Positions 44,264 to 56,068 of a stretch of 64,000 bases of DNA are shown here, in pieces (positions within the stretch are counted from its first letter, which is position 1; each line of letters begins with the position of its first letter). Source of the DNA: Corallochytrium limacisporum Hawaii (lineage: Eukaryota; Protista; Pluriformea); contig PDIP01000020.1 of the NCBI GenBank assembly GCA_002811645.1, forward strand, positions 1 through 64,000, in the 5' to 3' direction. The translations under genes and the position numbers were made by a program. Below the pieces are notes generated by a model. It did not search any database. It was not told the origin of the DNA and worked only from the letters and a program-made list of their open reading frames with translations.

Positions 44264-45400
44264 TTATGATCCCTGAGCTTTACTGTCACCCAGAGGATCG
44301 GCTTTCAGTGGCGCAGGTGCAGGGGCCGTAGCGGGTGCAGGGGCAGATTCAGGTGCAAGTGCAGGGGCAGATTCAGGTGCAAGTGCAGGTACAGGGGCGA
44401 AGGCAGGGGCTGGCGCAGGTGCAGGTGCAGGTGCAGGCGCAGGTGCAGGTGTGGCACTGGGAAGGGCGGGTGCTGCATCGACTGGCTCTTGCTGCTTACC
44501 GACATTAGGCTGGCGCCAGATAATGATTTCCTGCTGCTTGTAGTACCGGCGATCCTCTTCATCAATCAGGACCAGATTAAGGTAGTACCTGACACTGAAC
44601 TGCTTGTTAATATCCTTCATGGTGGGAGTCAGCGGGTATCCCGCAAGGTAGAGGCGGAGGGGAATACATTCCCCCTTGGTGGGGGCGCCATCCATAACCT
44701 CAAACTTCGCCATAGTCTCGTTCTCATAATATATATTGGTGCCTGAACCTGTCGACTCACGCTTGATGACTGCCACTTCCATCATCTTGATTTTCAGGCG
44801 CACCAACAAGAAGTAAATCTTGCCCACAATGACGTCCCGCATATGGTACTTGGCCTTGTTATACTCAAACTCAATATGTAGACAGTCCTCAATACCAACA
44901 TCCATCTTAATGGGCATACTGGCATTCTCTGCAGGTTCATCAGTGTTGAAGACCCAAATCTCTTCCTCCTTAGTAATGGAACCCATCTTCTTGTGCACAG
45001 ACGCGCGCACAAAGTAACGGAGGCGCACATTGATACCATTGTAAGATTCATACTGCTTCTCAACTCTTGGGAACTCAAAAGGGAACTCTGTCGACTGCCC
45101 CAATTCACCAGGCGGAGCAAGGGTCCTGCTCAACGACACGAAGTCATTGCTGTTACCACGGTCATAGAAAAGTTCGATCTGACCCACGAAGTCAACACGG
45201 ATTCCGTCGTGCTTAAACACTTTCCCAGGATTGCGGACTAGGACCTTGACCTTTCCGCGTACTGTATCACCGTCATGATGTAAGAAAATCTTTCTTTTAT
45301 TCCCCTGTGGATCAACCTGCTCCAGCTCTTCATGACCCTCTCCGTCGAGTTCAACAAAGACCTCAATGGGATTACCCAGAGAGAAACCAAAGAAACTCAT
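44264..45400 (-). CDS. VPS26: Retromer subunit VPS26 with Pro/Ala-repeat tail
   Basis: VEKQYESYNGINVRLRYF, IKMDVGIEDCLHIEFEYNK, FSVRYYLNLVLIDEEDRRYYKQQEI. Confidence 0.98.
   Translation of the reverse strand: MSFFGFSLGNPIEVFVELDGEGHEELEQVDPQGNKRKIFLHHDGDTVRGKVKVLVRNPGKVFKHDGIRVDFVGQIELFYDRGNSNDFVSLSRTLAPPGELGQSTEFPFEFPRVEKQYESYNGINVRLRYFVRASVHKKMGSITKEEEIWVFNTDEPAENASMPIKMDVGIEDCLHIEFEYNKAKYHMRDVIVGKIYFLLVRLKIKMMEVAVIKRESTGSGTNIYYENETMAKFEVMDGAPTKGECIPLRLYLAGYPLTPTMKDINKQFSVRYYLNLVLIDEEDRRYYKQQEIIIWRQPNVGKQQEPVDAAPALPSATPAPAPAPAPAPAPAPAFAPVPALAPESAPALAPESAPAPATAPAPAPLKADPLGDSKAQGS
44308..44452 (-). repeat. Coding minisatellite of GCAGGT-type hexamers plus a 24-nt duplication, encoding (PA)n and ALAPESAP x2
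   Basis: Directly visible in both DNA and protein. Confidence 0.9.
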
Positions 45401-45796
45401 TTTTCTACCGTATTATTGGTACCAGGGTTAGTACTACTGTATCCTATCTAGACTATATATAGGCTTAGGCATATTATGTCACATGTCACACGATTTCGAG
45501 CTGGTTGATCTTATGTAGCCCTTCTACGCAAGGGAAAGTCGTTAAGCCAAGTGACAACTCATTTCACGGTGTGACGCCAGCAGAGTCCGTGAGACCCCTC
45601 CCCCGCCTTTCGCCAGCCATAAACGGTTCGGTTAGTATATTTAGTATGCGCGGTGGAGGGTTATCAATGCCCGGGGAAGGGAAAACAATGATTTTTTATG
45701 GTGGATGATATAATAACTGATAACCTGTTTATTTTGGTTTCTGTGAGACATTGAAATCTACTCTGTTCCCTGATGATGCGCCTGCATCAAGCTTGT

Positions 45797-47752
45797 TCAA
45801 TACCGCGTACCGTTGTTAACTTCATACAGATATCGGAAAGCATCGAAAGGAGTCATATCGCCCTTCTGTGCACAATAGCTCTGGTCTTCGTCTGCTTTTG
45901 CGGTGATCCAGTCGTGGACAGATGTTGCTGTGGAGAAGATCATGGCGAAGATGCCAAAGGCAAGGACAAGGTTGGGACCGTAGCGCTTGGACCAGGGAAC
46001 GTCGGTTTGGAGTGTGCGGGAGTAAAACATTGGCGGGAATATGAAAGCCAATGGAGTACATGCTACTGCACCGATCAGTGAGACAAAGTTGTCCACTCGG
46101 GCCGCGCCAACGATACCGACCAAAACTGCCGCAGTGACAATACCCGCACGGATGGTGTTCTTGGTCCACTTCTTCCTAAGGGACTTGCGGTCATCATTGG
46201 GATACACAAGCCTCTCGATGACACGGCATGCAGGGAAGGCCATGAGAGGGAACGTGAACAGAATCGCCAAGCAGTAACTCAACTGGATGATCAATGCAGG
46301 AACGCCACCTAGATTCAGGGTAATGATGGATTCCGTCTGATCCCCGTATGTGAGATAGTTTATGCCTCCAAAGACCACAAGAATTGCAACGATGAGGTAC
46401 ATAATTTTGGTAAAAAGGTCAGGAAGCTTTTCAGGTTCCTTCATTGCGAGTTCAATGGGAACAATCATAGCAATGCCTTCAAAGGAGAAGATCGCAGTAC
46501 CCAGCATGACTAGGGCAGTATCCCACTGGGAGAGGGCGACGTTCGGTCCAGGGCCCCGTACACTCAAGATTACCGCATCTTCCGCCAAAATATAGGCAAG
46601 AGTGCTAAAGATAACTACATTGGCAATCATGTTGGTGAGCGCAAAGTACTTCAAACGACGAACCCAGGTCAACGGAACCAAAACTGGCATTAAAGCCACC
46701 ATATAAACCCACTCATTCATGTAAAGGCCACAGTCTGTGATCACCCCAAACGCATCACGCAAGTTCTTAGCAATGAACACAATGTAGGCACAGCAAAATC
46801 CAAATTGCGAGAAGAAGACAGCAACATCCACTGCGGCCCGTCCATGCTTGCCGTACAGTTTGTCAGCCATATCGCCATACGTGTTCACTATGATTCCATT
46901 GCGTCCCATTTCTTGCCTGGTCATTAGCAACAACTGCGCCCCATACCATGTCATCCAGCCACAAACCAGCAATAACACTGTGCCAATAAGCAAACCAGCT
47001 GAGCTGTAACCTTTGGGGATAAAGAGAACACCACTGCCAATAAATGCCTTGATCAGCGCGAAGATAGTACGTCCAATCCCGCTACCATGCTTCAACCGTT
47101 GGACCTTTAAGTGTTTGCGCGCCTTCGCCATTTCTTCCGGGGGAGGTCTGTGTGCTGCCAGCAGTGGCGCTCGCTCATTCAATTCCTGCTCCGTGAATGA
47201 TTCCCGACGGACACCAGCAGCTCGCTCATGGTCGCTGAGATCTTCCTCGCTGGATTCATCTGAGTCAACCTCCAGTCCGTAGATACGAGGATCGATCAAA
47301 TTGATACCGAGAACCAAGAACCGTCTTGCAGTGCTTCCCATGTATGTGTAATCCGTAGGGTCTATTCTGTCCATTGTTGAAGACCGTGTACGCCGTAGCA
47401 TGGGTAGGTGCATCGCATTCTCTCGCTCTCGGGCAATCACTTCGTGCACATTGTGGAGTGACGGCGCAGACCCGCTGCGTGGCAGTCCATTGTGTACACC
47501 AGCGGTCGTCACCACACTGGTATGTGTCAACATCTCGCCTTCGGCCGTGTGAGGCATATGAACGACATCCTGTGCTGTTACTTCCTCGCCGTCCCAGTCA
47601 GGCGCTAAGTATACCCGAGAGAGTTCCGCCTGTGGCATGATATTTGGTGCGTACCGCTCTGGGCTGTGAGATCGCTCCCTGGGCCTGCCATTACGGGAGG
47701 GTGAGCTTGAGCGCCCTCCACTAGTCCTTGTTGAAGGTTTTTTGGGGGACAT
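45797..47752 (-). CDS. AVT3: Vacuolar/lysosomal amino-acid transporter (Avt3/Avt4, SLC36-like)
   Basis: ERAPLL, LIKAFIGSGVLFIPK, SQFGFCCAYIVFIAKN, GTAIFSFEGI, DNFVSLIGAVACTPLAFIFPP. Confidence 0.92.
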   Translation of the reverse strand: MSPKKPSTRTSGGRSSSPSRNGRPRERSHSPERYAPNIMPQAELSRVYLAPDWDGEEVTAQDVVHMPHTAEGEMLTHTSVVTTAGVHNGLPRSGSAPSLHNVHEVIARERENAMHLPMLRRTRSSTMDRIDPTDYTYMGSTARRFLVLGINLIDPRIYGLEVDSDESSEEDLSDHERAAGVRRESFTEQELNERAPLLAAHRPPPEEMAKARKHLKVQRLKHGSGIGRTIFALIKAFIGSGVLFIPKGYSSAGLLIGTVLLLVCGWMTWYGAQLLLMTRQEMGRNGIIVNTYGDMADKLYGKHGRAAVDVAVFFSQFGFCCAYIVFIAKNLRDAFGVITDCGLYMNEWVYMVALMPVLVPLTWVRRLKYFALTNMIANVVIFSTLAYILAEDAVILSVRGPGPNVALSQWDTALVMLGTAIFSFEGIAMIVPIELAMKEPEKLPDLFTKIMYLIVAILVVFGGINYLTYGDQTESIITLNLGGVPALIIQLSYCLAILFTFPLMAFPACRVIERLVYPNDDRKSLRKKWTKNTIRAGIVTAAVLVGIVGAARVDNFVSLIGAVACTPLAFIFPPMFYSRTLQTDVPWSKRYGPNLVLAFGIFAMIFSTATSVHDWITAKADEDQSYCAQKGDMTPFDAFRYLYEVNNGTRY

Positions 47753-50700
47753 AACTACTAATTTTTCGGATGCTTATTGAGCCATCACATGTCTGACGCC
47801 CGCTACCTGGATTGAATGACTTTGTTTTGGTCGGACTTTCACTACAAATATCCCCACGGTCATCCTCTGCTGTATTGGGATGATACGGAAATGGTCGTAA
47901 ACACTCTTTTACGTACCCAAACTGTATCAATTAGACTCACTGGTGCGCATCAAATCCAAGCTCTAGCAGAAAGAAGGATCTGCCGCATTGACTTGGGTCA
48001 TAGTCCCTTGCAAGCCCACCACTGTGAGACCCCGGAAACCGTCCCACACTAACTGTCAGGAGCTGGCGGAGACGGAAGAGTCATAGAGTCCGGGGATCCG
48101 TATAAACTGTACCGCAAGGAGGTCCTTCTCTGGAGGGGGGGGGGGAATTATCCTGCCTTGGGAGCTCAAGACCATCCGAGTTTCTTGTGTACGCGGAATT
48201 GTTAATGAGCGGCCCGGCGGAGAGGCGCCAAATTTCTCTCACAGAGAGGAACCGGGGGGTTTGTTCTGACCTGTGCTTTACGTCACCGCTGACGGCATCG
48301 TCATCGGTGGAAGCTACCCAGCCCAACTGACTCGCACAGATAGGTCGTCAATTCTGACAAAGATGTCGGAAGGCACTATGGAGATGATCCTTTCCATGTT
48401 CGCAAGTACTGATGATATTATGACAAACACCCCGCAGATGAAATGGTGTTGGTGGCATTGTAACGACTCCCCGTCCACTCATGTCCTAGCTCCTTACAAA
48501 CCCGACCCGCCTCCAGATCACTGTTGCATCGTGTACGGAACTAGTGCTTTGTACTCTGTTCAAAATGCTGTGCTCCTCCATGTCCGTTACCCTAAGTCGG
48601 CAGACCCATGAGGACTCACACTACGGGTTCTTGGGAGATCGGAGTCCCTGTATCATCTCCCATTGCAAATTACCACAATACTACGTTCCCAATCTCTAAC
48701 CACTTGCTTGAGAAACTCTCTTCCTTACATGCCCTTCATATTGTGATGCTCTCGTCCACAACACCATGACTATTGCCTCTGGCCAAGGACTGCCGGCCCA
48801 GGACCCAGTTCCATCGAGCGTGGAGCCGCCAACCCGACCCCTTTGTCCTTGACATTCAAATTTATTGCGCGCAGGACCCGCGACCCAGCCCCTTTGCCTT
48901 ATTGGATCGTCAACCGAAATGACCGGGAGCAAGCAACCTGAAGCTCACAAAATCAAGAAAGCCATCAATTTTGACTCATGCCATGCAAAGCTCATATATA
49001 CGGGAAGCCGATCGAAACCGCTTTGCATGGCACACAAAGGTAGAGCGATCTACCACGCCGTGCGAGGACGGGCGGCCTCCAGCTGTTCATCCGCCCTCAT
49101 TCAAGTATAACATTTACTGAGGCATCGCAGAGACTGTGCACCTAACCAGCATATATTAGAATTCAGTATTAGAATTCGGATCTGGGAGAGGTCCTGGGCT
49201 CCTGTAAGTGAGCGCAAGTATATGGAACTCCAGAGGTCGAGGGTGGACCGCACGACCCAATTGACAACGTGCAGATACACACCCGGGGGAGGTGAATCTG
49301 ATACATGTGTTGGCGGCCCGCCAACAACTCTTGACAAGTTTCTCTATGAAATACGGGATCACAGGTTTTTGGTCCCGCACCATGATCTCCCTCCCATGCC
49401 GCCTGCGTATTCATATCTAACAGAACGGGGTAGCGAACAAAAATTCGAATCACTTCTGTGAGGTTGTTCTTTCCGAAGAATGTTTTACTTTTTATCCCAT
49501 TCAATCAGTACTGAAATGGGGCAGTTTCTTGACATCATCGACCACCCACCAAGTGGACAACCCTGGTACCCAGCATATCACGACATAGACCCACATTTGC
49601 TCAATAGTCAATGTACCCGTGGAATGACAATTAGGCCCCCATTCTCGGTTCCTTAGCTGCCCCTTGCCTCTCCCTCAACTCAGTTCCATACGTCGCCTGC
49701 ACTAGGCAGCCGCAGTTTCGCGCAGTGAGAGTCCCAGGTTGGGGTCTCCCAGCAAAAAAATAATGGGGAAAACACTCCAAGAATGCGACAAGCAAACGGG
49801 CAGCGATCGCGGTACGAGAAAAAATTTCCCTTCATGCAACGTTCTCTCTCATCACGTTCTACTTCAAAAATACATCAAAATTGCCATTCAATTATCATAG
49901 TGAGCATATGCATAGTTTCCAGACTGTTGCCACTCCGCCACCTGCCAAGACCGGGGAGCTGCCAGACGACCAGCGAAAAGGCAAGCCGGGACAATACCGG
50001 TTGCCCCACGACATGAATCCTCTATACTTAATCTGCCCGCATTTCCAAGCAAAGGAAATAGGTTTATCGTCTCTTCTACTGGAATTGTGCATTGGTAGCA
50101 GGGCCACACAGCTAATCAGACTATAACGCCAGTGAGCTTGGAGGTGTAGGGATAACTAAATCTGTCCCTCGCCGGTCATCACATGCGGACTGTGAGTATT
50201 AAAGCGAGCAGGTGATACGGTCATACCCCCTATCACTCATTGGGAGGGGCAACAGAGGTCTCGAGTGCTAAGAGAGAGACAATTTGCAGGAGAAGAAGTT
50301 TTCCTCTCTCTCTCTCTCGCTCTCTCCCTCCCCTTTCCGGGGAAGGTGGACTCTTGACAGTTTCTGCTAAACCGGGGTTGCACAAGTGAGTAACCGAACA
50401 TACCAAGAATAAACACAGCGAAGGACGAAAGAGAGAGATAGAGAGAGAGAGAGAGCAGTCAGTCAGCAGTCAACAGCGGGAAATATCGATGAGGTCTTCC
50501 AGTGTGCTTGGGTCCCAGTGAACGCGAGAGAAGATGTGCAGAGGTCCTCTTCCCGGTGTTCCTCCCTTTTTGACCAGCCCAGATCACTAACATTAGGTAC
50601 TGACAGTGTGCCTTGTTCAGGACCGACGGGCTGGGTCGGTCTCCTGCTTTTGGGTGACCGGAGGGATTGGATCTGCGGCAGACAAGCGGTCACAGTTTAG

Positions 50701-51143
50701 CAAAAGGCGAGCGCACCGATCGTGCGTGCTGGGTCTCAGTGGTCAGTATATCGGTCGATAATCGCGAACTTGCAGGGAAACTTGTACCGAAGCGGGCCGG
50801 AGCGAGCAGAAGTGGTGTGATCACACACCCTCTCCTTTGGGTTCTGGGCGGTGTACGCCAAGGCGGGTAAGGGGGGCAATTTTTGGAAATTGCCCGTAAT
50901 TGCATTTTGCGTTTTTTTCTTGCTGACCGCCACTGAAAACCCCAAACCAATCAAGTGATCGAAGGGAAAAGAGAGGAGGAATTGCAGAGGAAAAAACGAT
51001 CGAAAAAAATGTGTGAGAGAGCACCTTGGCATACAAACAAGTCCTTTTCGGGTCATACTGAGATACCCTGTCATTATTCGGTACAATCACTACGGCTGCA
51101 CAGTCGAGGGGGGTTTTAACCTATGAGGGTTCGGGGTCACCCG

Positions 51144-51761
51144 ATGAGACATATTAGTGCTACGGTCCGAATGAGTCGGTCTCGCCCTCAAGCTCCGAAC
51201 GGCATCGCAGAGAACAAACTGTGTGTGGGTTTCTTGACGGTGGCAGACATTAATATTCAGTAAACAGACTGTATGAATGAACAGGAAAGACTGGATGTGT
51301 GCGCAAATGGCTTCACGCTTCACACTCATGGAGTAATCCCATGGGAAACGAGTTGATAGAAAGCTATTTGGGACAGGATCCTCGGCCCTTAATGACACTA
51401 GCAATAATGTTATACAAACCGCGACACAGTTCATTATTGCACCCATCAGGGAAGAGTCGGGTTAAACTTGTGGTGGATCTGAAGACCTTTTGATACTGGT
51501 GACAAGGCTTCGATCTTTACCTCACGTACTCGGGTGAAGAGAGTCTACATCCTTAACACAATGGGGTTGGTCAACACGCTCCTCGCACTGGTCAGGGGCT
51601 ACATTGACGAAGCCGACCATACGCAGCGGTCAAAGGCTGGAGAACAGACGGCGTTGGAGAGAACAGAGCCAGGACCGTCAACAAGCAATGCAATGGTAAA
51701 AGAACAGCAACGCATTCGGGCACGGCGAGGTATCGGTTGTGACGAAGTCTTGCGCGAATGA
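51144..51761 (+). pseudogene. Probable decayed CRAL-TRIO/Sec14-like gene
   Basis: Collinear fragments ENKLCVGFLTVADINIQ*, RVKLVVDLKTF* and RVKRVYILNTMGLVNTLLALVRGYIDE, interrupted by stops and frameshifts. Confidence 0.45.
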
Positions 51762-51992
51762 GTCACACTCCAATAACCTTAGCCAAAGTGTAACGGACCA
51801 GGGGTCGCATACACTGTAATCTACATCTCCATAATTCGTAAATGTTAAAGAACTTCCATGAAAGTACAATACTCATAAATTCACCATAAAGCAAACACAG
51901 TTTTTATCATGTTTTAGGACTTTTTTCGTTTTTTATGCTTCCATCTCGCCCGAAGAAGAACCGCATATTCTACTACCTGTGGAGGTGCTTAT

Positions 51993-52532
51993 CTAGATCT
52001 GAACATTCATCTTCTCATGGAAGTCACTGCTGCTCACCAGCTCAGAAAATTCCTCATAGCTAAGCTTGCCGTCACCGTCTTTATCTGCGTACATGATTGT
52101 CTTGTCAACAATTTGCTGCAACTGTCCCTCCTTCAGGTTGTTTCCGACCATCATTTTCAGCACATGGTACAATTCTCCGTTGGAAATGAAGCCATCTCGG
52201 TCCATGTCATAGATATAAAAAGCAAACTTCAGCTTGCGCTCTTTCTCAGACTTAGCAGTAAAGATGGACAGAGCAGAAATGAACTCCTGGAAGTCAACGT
52301 CACCACCACCGTCAGCGTCAAAAGTAGAGAACACACGAGCAACCAAAGGATTCTGTTTCAATTCAGGCAGTTGCATCACTTCCTCAATGGACAGGGTTCC
52401 AGACTTGTCTGTGTCGAGCTTTTGGAACCTCTTCGCCAGCCTACGGATTTCCATTTCGGTGAACTGAGTCTGTTCCTGAAGTTCATTGAGATCCATTCCA
52501 TGCTCCCGGAGCATAGAGTCAGTGTTACCCAT
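51993..52532 (-). CDS. PPP3R1: Calcineurin B regulatory subunit
   Basis: Myristoylation-type start MGN, four EF hands, [50 protein letters not shown]. Confidence 0.98.
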   Translation of the reverse strand: MGNTDSMLREHGMDLNELQEQTQFTEMEIRRLAKRFQKLDTDKSGTLSIEEVMQLPELKQNPLVARVFSTFDADGGGDVDFQEFISALSIFTAKSEKERKLKFAFYIYDMDRDGFISNGELYHVLKMMVGNNLKEGQLQQIVDKTIMYADKDGDGKLSYEEFSELVSSSDFHEKMNVQI

Positions 52533-53528
52533 GGTGATTTCTTTTTAGCGAGGAAATTTCCGTTTCAATTCCTTCTCCAAAAGTTCAATCTTTTTACACT
52601 TTAACTTGGTCCAGAAATTCTCTAGAGATCCCAGGAGATAAGCTTTGTTATAAATCGTTTTCTTTACGACGTTCACACACAATGACCTGAAATCCCGTTT
52701 TCCTTAACGATTTCTATCTCTATAAATTGAAATACCATATTTGCTTCAGGACCATTACCCCGTTACTTGCCTAACATTTCGCGTGTCACCTTATATATTG
52801 AACAAACAGAACAATCCGTTCGGCCAATCAAAACAAAACGTTCGGATGGGTGCACAGGCCCTACGGCCGCGCCAGAGGGCAAGAGGCACTCAGCTTTCCT
52901 CTATGGCGAACCCGCCCCGCCTAGGAGAGGCGCTCGTTCTTGTCCGGCTTCTGTTCCTCCGCAGCAAGTACATTTACTATGCATCCGCGTCTATGCGCCT
53001 TGCTTTTGTATGGCGAATCGTTGTCCTTCGCTGCCAGTCTGTTGTGGTTGGAGAAAACAGAAACTAGTGGTACTTTCAGTATGGAAAAACGCGGATACCA
53101 CCGTTCCTACCTGGGATCACCCCGGACTACATGGGTGGCAATAGTATACGGAGTAATTGAATTAAATACATATTGGATGTCCGCTTCTCCGAAATTTGCA
53201 GAGACCGTGAAAATGAAAGGACAACTGCTTCCCAGTTTTCAGTTTTAGACTGGTTCACTGAGTATATGCGCTGTCGTCTGTTTACTCTTACTTCCGGCCT
53301 GGAGACGCAGGCCGGTTTTTTTTTTGGCCAGATGTCTCGCCCAAAGGAGGTGGGTTCCGCTTGTGTGTTCGGACGCGCTAGAGCTCGTTCAGGATCATCG
53401 AAATCATTGAGGTCAGATTCGTTCTCCGCCCTCGGGGAGTTGGGTACTCAAGAGTGAAGCTAATGTGGACGAACTAAGGTTATAGTAGAAAGGATGAGAA
53501 CTCCATTTGAGCCACACTCATTACCACA

Positions 53529-54203
53529 ATGATCGCACCGAAGTACGTTCCGAGTCACACTCGGGGGGCTCGTCTCCACGAGGCTAAAGTGGTTATCCAG
53601 CTCTGCTTGGACTATTCTGTAAGTGCTAGATGAATCGTTACGTGCCAATTAATTTGGACGACTAACCAATTTATTTACTTTGCTCGCAATTTAATAATAC
53701 AGTGTCCTTTCTCTGCCAAGATGATGGGGACCTTGGCCGGTGGGGTGATGGACAAGCACTCCAAAGACGTCTGTTGGGTTTTCCTAAACCAGGTTCAACC
53801 ATGGCATCCTCAGAGCACAATGAAGCACGAGGCGTCTCTTGTGATCGCACAGCAAGCACCAGAGAAGTTTTGGGACTGGAGCATTGATCTGTTTAAAATT
53901 GCCCCACAGAAATATTTGGATCGGATGACATGGGATGTTGGCCGCAATCAGTGGTATGACATGCTGGCAGCTGATCTGCCCCCAGAGAACTATGGCTTGC
54001 CTAGTCAGAGCTTCCTAAAGGCTCTGAAGAATCCTGATGGCGGCAATGATGCCACCCCGGACCTTAAATATTTCACCAAGTACTGCCGCCAGACCGGTCT
54101 GCACGTTACTCCTACGATCGTCTGCAATGGCATCATCGACCTCAATGTCTCCAGTTCATGGACTCCGGAACAGTGGGACGAGTACATTGCCAGTAAGAAG
54201 TGA
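53529..54203 (+). CDS. DsbA-like thioredoxin-fold protein with CxxS motif; exons 53529-53618 and 53703-54203
   Basis: Splicing gives MIAPKY...IQLCLDYS|CPFSAK, followed by QVQPWHPQS and cis-Pro loop GLHVTPT..NG..SSSWT. The ORF track misses exon 1. Confidence 0.88.
53619..53702 (+). other. Spliceosomal intron (84 nt, phase 0)
   Basis: GTAAGT at 53619, GACTAAC at 53660-53666, CAG ending at 53702. Removal rebuilds the DYSCPFS active-site motif. Confidence 0.9.
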
Positions 54204-54877
54204 CTGTCTAGCACATCATGCTGGGTTCGCGCGACACAGACATGAAGTTGACATGACCCACTCATGTTTCCGAGACAGCACGAGCATACACAGCCATCCT
54301 ACGAAGGCAACTGACAATAAATAATGACAAGGCGAATCCAGGCGCCCAAACTACAATACCGGCAACCCTTCATAACAGAGAGACTTCACCACTTGTACTA
54401 CCATAGGATATTTCATCACAAGCTGCCGCCCATCTGTGATGCTACTGAAGAGTCACCCCGGCGAAGATGAGAGAGATCTGTGTGTGTGCACACATCAACG
54501 CATCCACGGTTCATTCCCACCCGGCACACCACGCAAACGAAGCGGATCTTTTTGGGTGTGGGAGTTGTAGTGCCCAAGACAGATCGTTCCCAATACATAC
54601 ACTATCGGGTGAACCCCAGGAATCGCACACACGAAGTGTCCCAAACCCCACAGACCGGGTCTCACCGGTCCCGCACCCAAGTCCCTTTCTGCTGTACACA
54701 ATCTTTGTGGATTCTTACGCTTTCCGTTAATTCTGATGGGCTCGACCCGGTCAGGTCCGTTTTTTCCCGCCCGGTGGTACTGAAGTAAGGAACGGGTCCA
54801 AAAGCGGGCCCCCCCCCCCCTCTCCTCTCCTCCCCACGGGGAAGGGGAAGAGAGGAAGGGAGCCGTCCAAGAAGGGG

Positions 54878-55158
54878 NNNNNNNNNNNNNNNNNNNNNNN
54901 NNNNNNNNNNNNNNNNNNNNNNNNNNNNNNNNNNNNNNNNNNNNNNNNNNNNNNNNNNNNNNNNNNNNNNNNNNNNNNNNNNNNNNNNNNNNNNNNNNNN
55001 NNNNNNNNNNNNNNNNNNNNNNNNNNNNNNNNNNNNNNNNNNNNNNNNNNNNNNNNNNNNNNNNNNNNNNNNNNNNNNNNNNNNNNNNNNNNNNNNNNNN
55101 NNNNNNNNNNNNNNNNNNNNNNNNNNNNNNNNNNNNNNNNNNNNNNNNNNNNNNNNNN
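54878..55158. other. Assembly gap (N run)
   Basis: Run of n bases, flanked by G and C runs. Confidence 1.
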
Positions 55159-56068
55159 CTCCCCCCCCCCCCCCGTGGACATCTCTTACCACCCACTCCC
55201 ACTCCCACTCTCACCGTTATTGCTGGCCCCGTGTGCCCCGTTTGCCAACCCAAACCCTTCCCCCCCCTCCCTCCTCCCTTTTTTATTCGCCTCTCCCTTC
55301 TCATACTCACACTTACGCAAACGGCAGAGGCACCGCAGGATTTGCGGTGGCACTACACCCGGGGAACGGTGCAACTCGCTGCTCTCCCCGGCACGCTGCA
55401 AACTGATCGTACCGCCAAGAAGGAGGAAACTGCAAGCAAAAGGGGAGGAGAAAAAAAATGTTATGGGGCTAGCAAGGACCACGGTTCGTGAAATAGAGGA
55501 AACGGCGAGCGAGAGAAACAAGGGTGTGCGTGTGTGTGTGTGTGTGTCAAGTATTGAAACCGATGGAGAGATCGGGTACCCGGCGAATGATTTGCCATTG
55601 AATAAGTTCCGAGTGAGGCTTCGCCCACAGTCACACGCCCAGTGAGAAGTTGGGGAACTATTTACAGAGGCGGCAGGTGAGAGAAAAAAGGCACCTGATG
55701 AGATGGAATGTCCAATGGTCCGACAGCATAAGCAAAAACCATCCCCTCTGGCGACGACTGCACTTGTGCCAGTAGAGACGTGCTTATCACCCCCTCCCTC
55801 CACAGTAGGCGAATTTTTTTTCTCTCTCGTTACGAACCTTTGCGGGGCCCGATTGGCCGCCGCTGTACGCGGTAGGGTGCGAGTTAAAACTTGGTGACAG
55901 TGACACGGCGTTGGATTTGAGGGGCCGATATGAGTCCTGCTATTTCCGAAAGAATGCGCACAATTCTGGTCTGATACGAGCCTGTTCAATTACCAGCGAT
56001 CAAAACCGATTTTTTCTGGAGTAGCGCATACCAGAGGATAAGAAATGAGCCCGAATGACTGAGCAACC

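Noticed and set aside
45405-45433. TACTAAC...TAG just upstream of the VPS26 ATG (possible 5' UTR intron)
   Set aside because: No convincing donor; a TATA-like element lies immediately upstream.
45479-47793. Identical TCACATGTC E-box-like 9-mer upstream of VPS26 and AVT3 (CLEAR-like idea)
   Set aside because: Mismatched to the CLEAR and M-box consensus, and expected by chance given the number of gene pairs.
49156-49504. FFGKNNLTEV / VIPYFIEKLV fragments reminiscent of a RhoGAP start
   Set aside because: No EGIFR arginine-finger motif or downstream helices found in the minus-strand frames.
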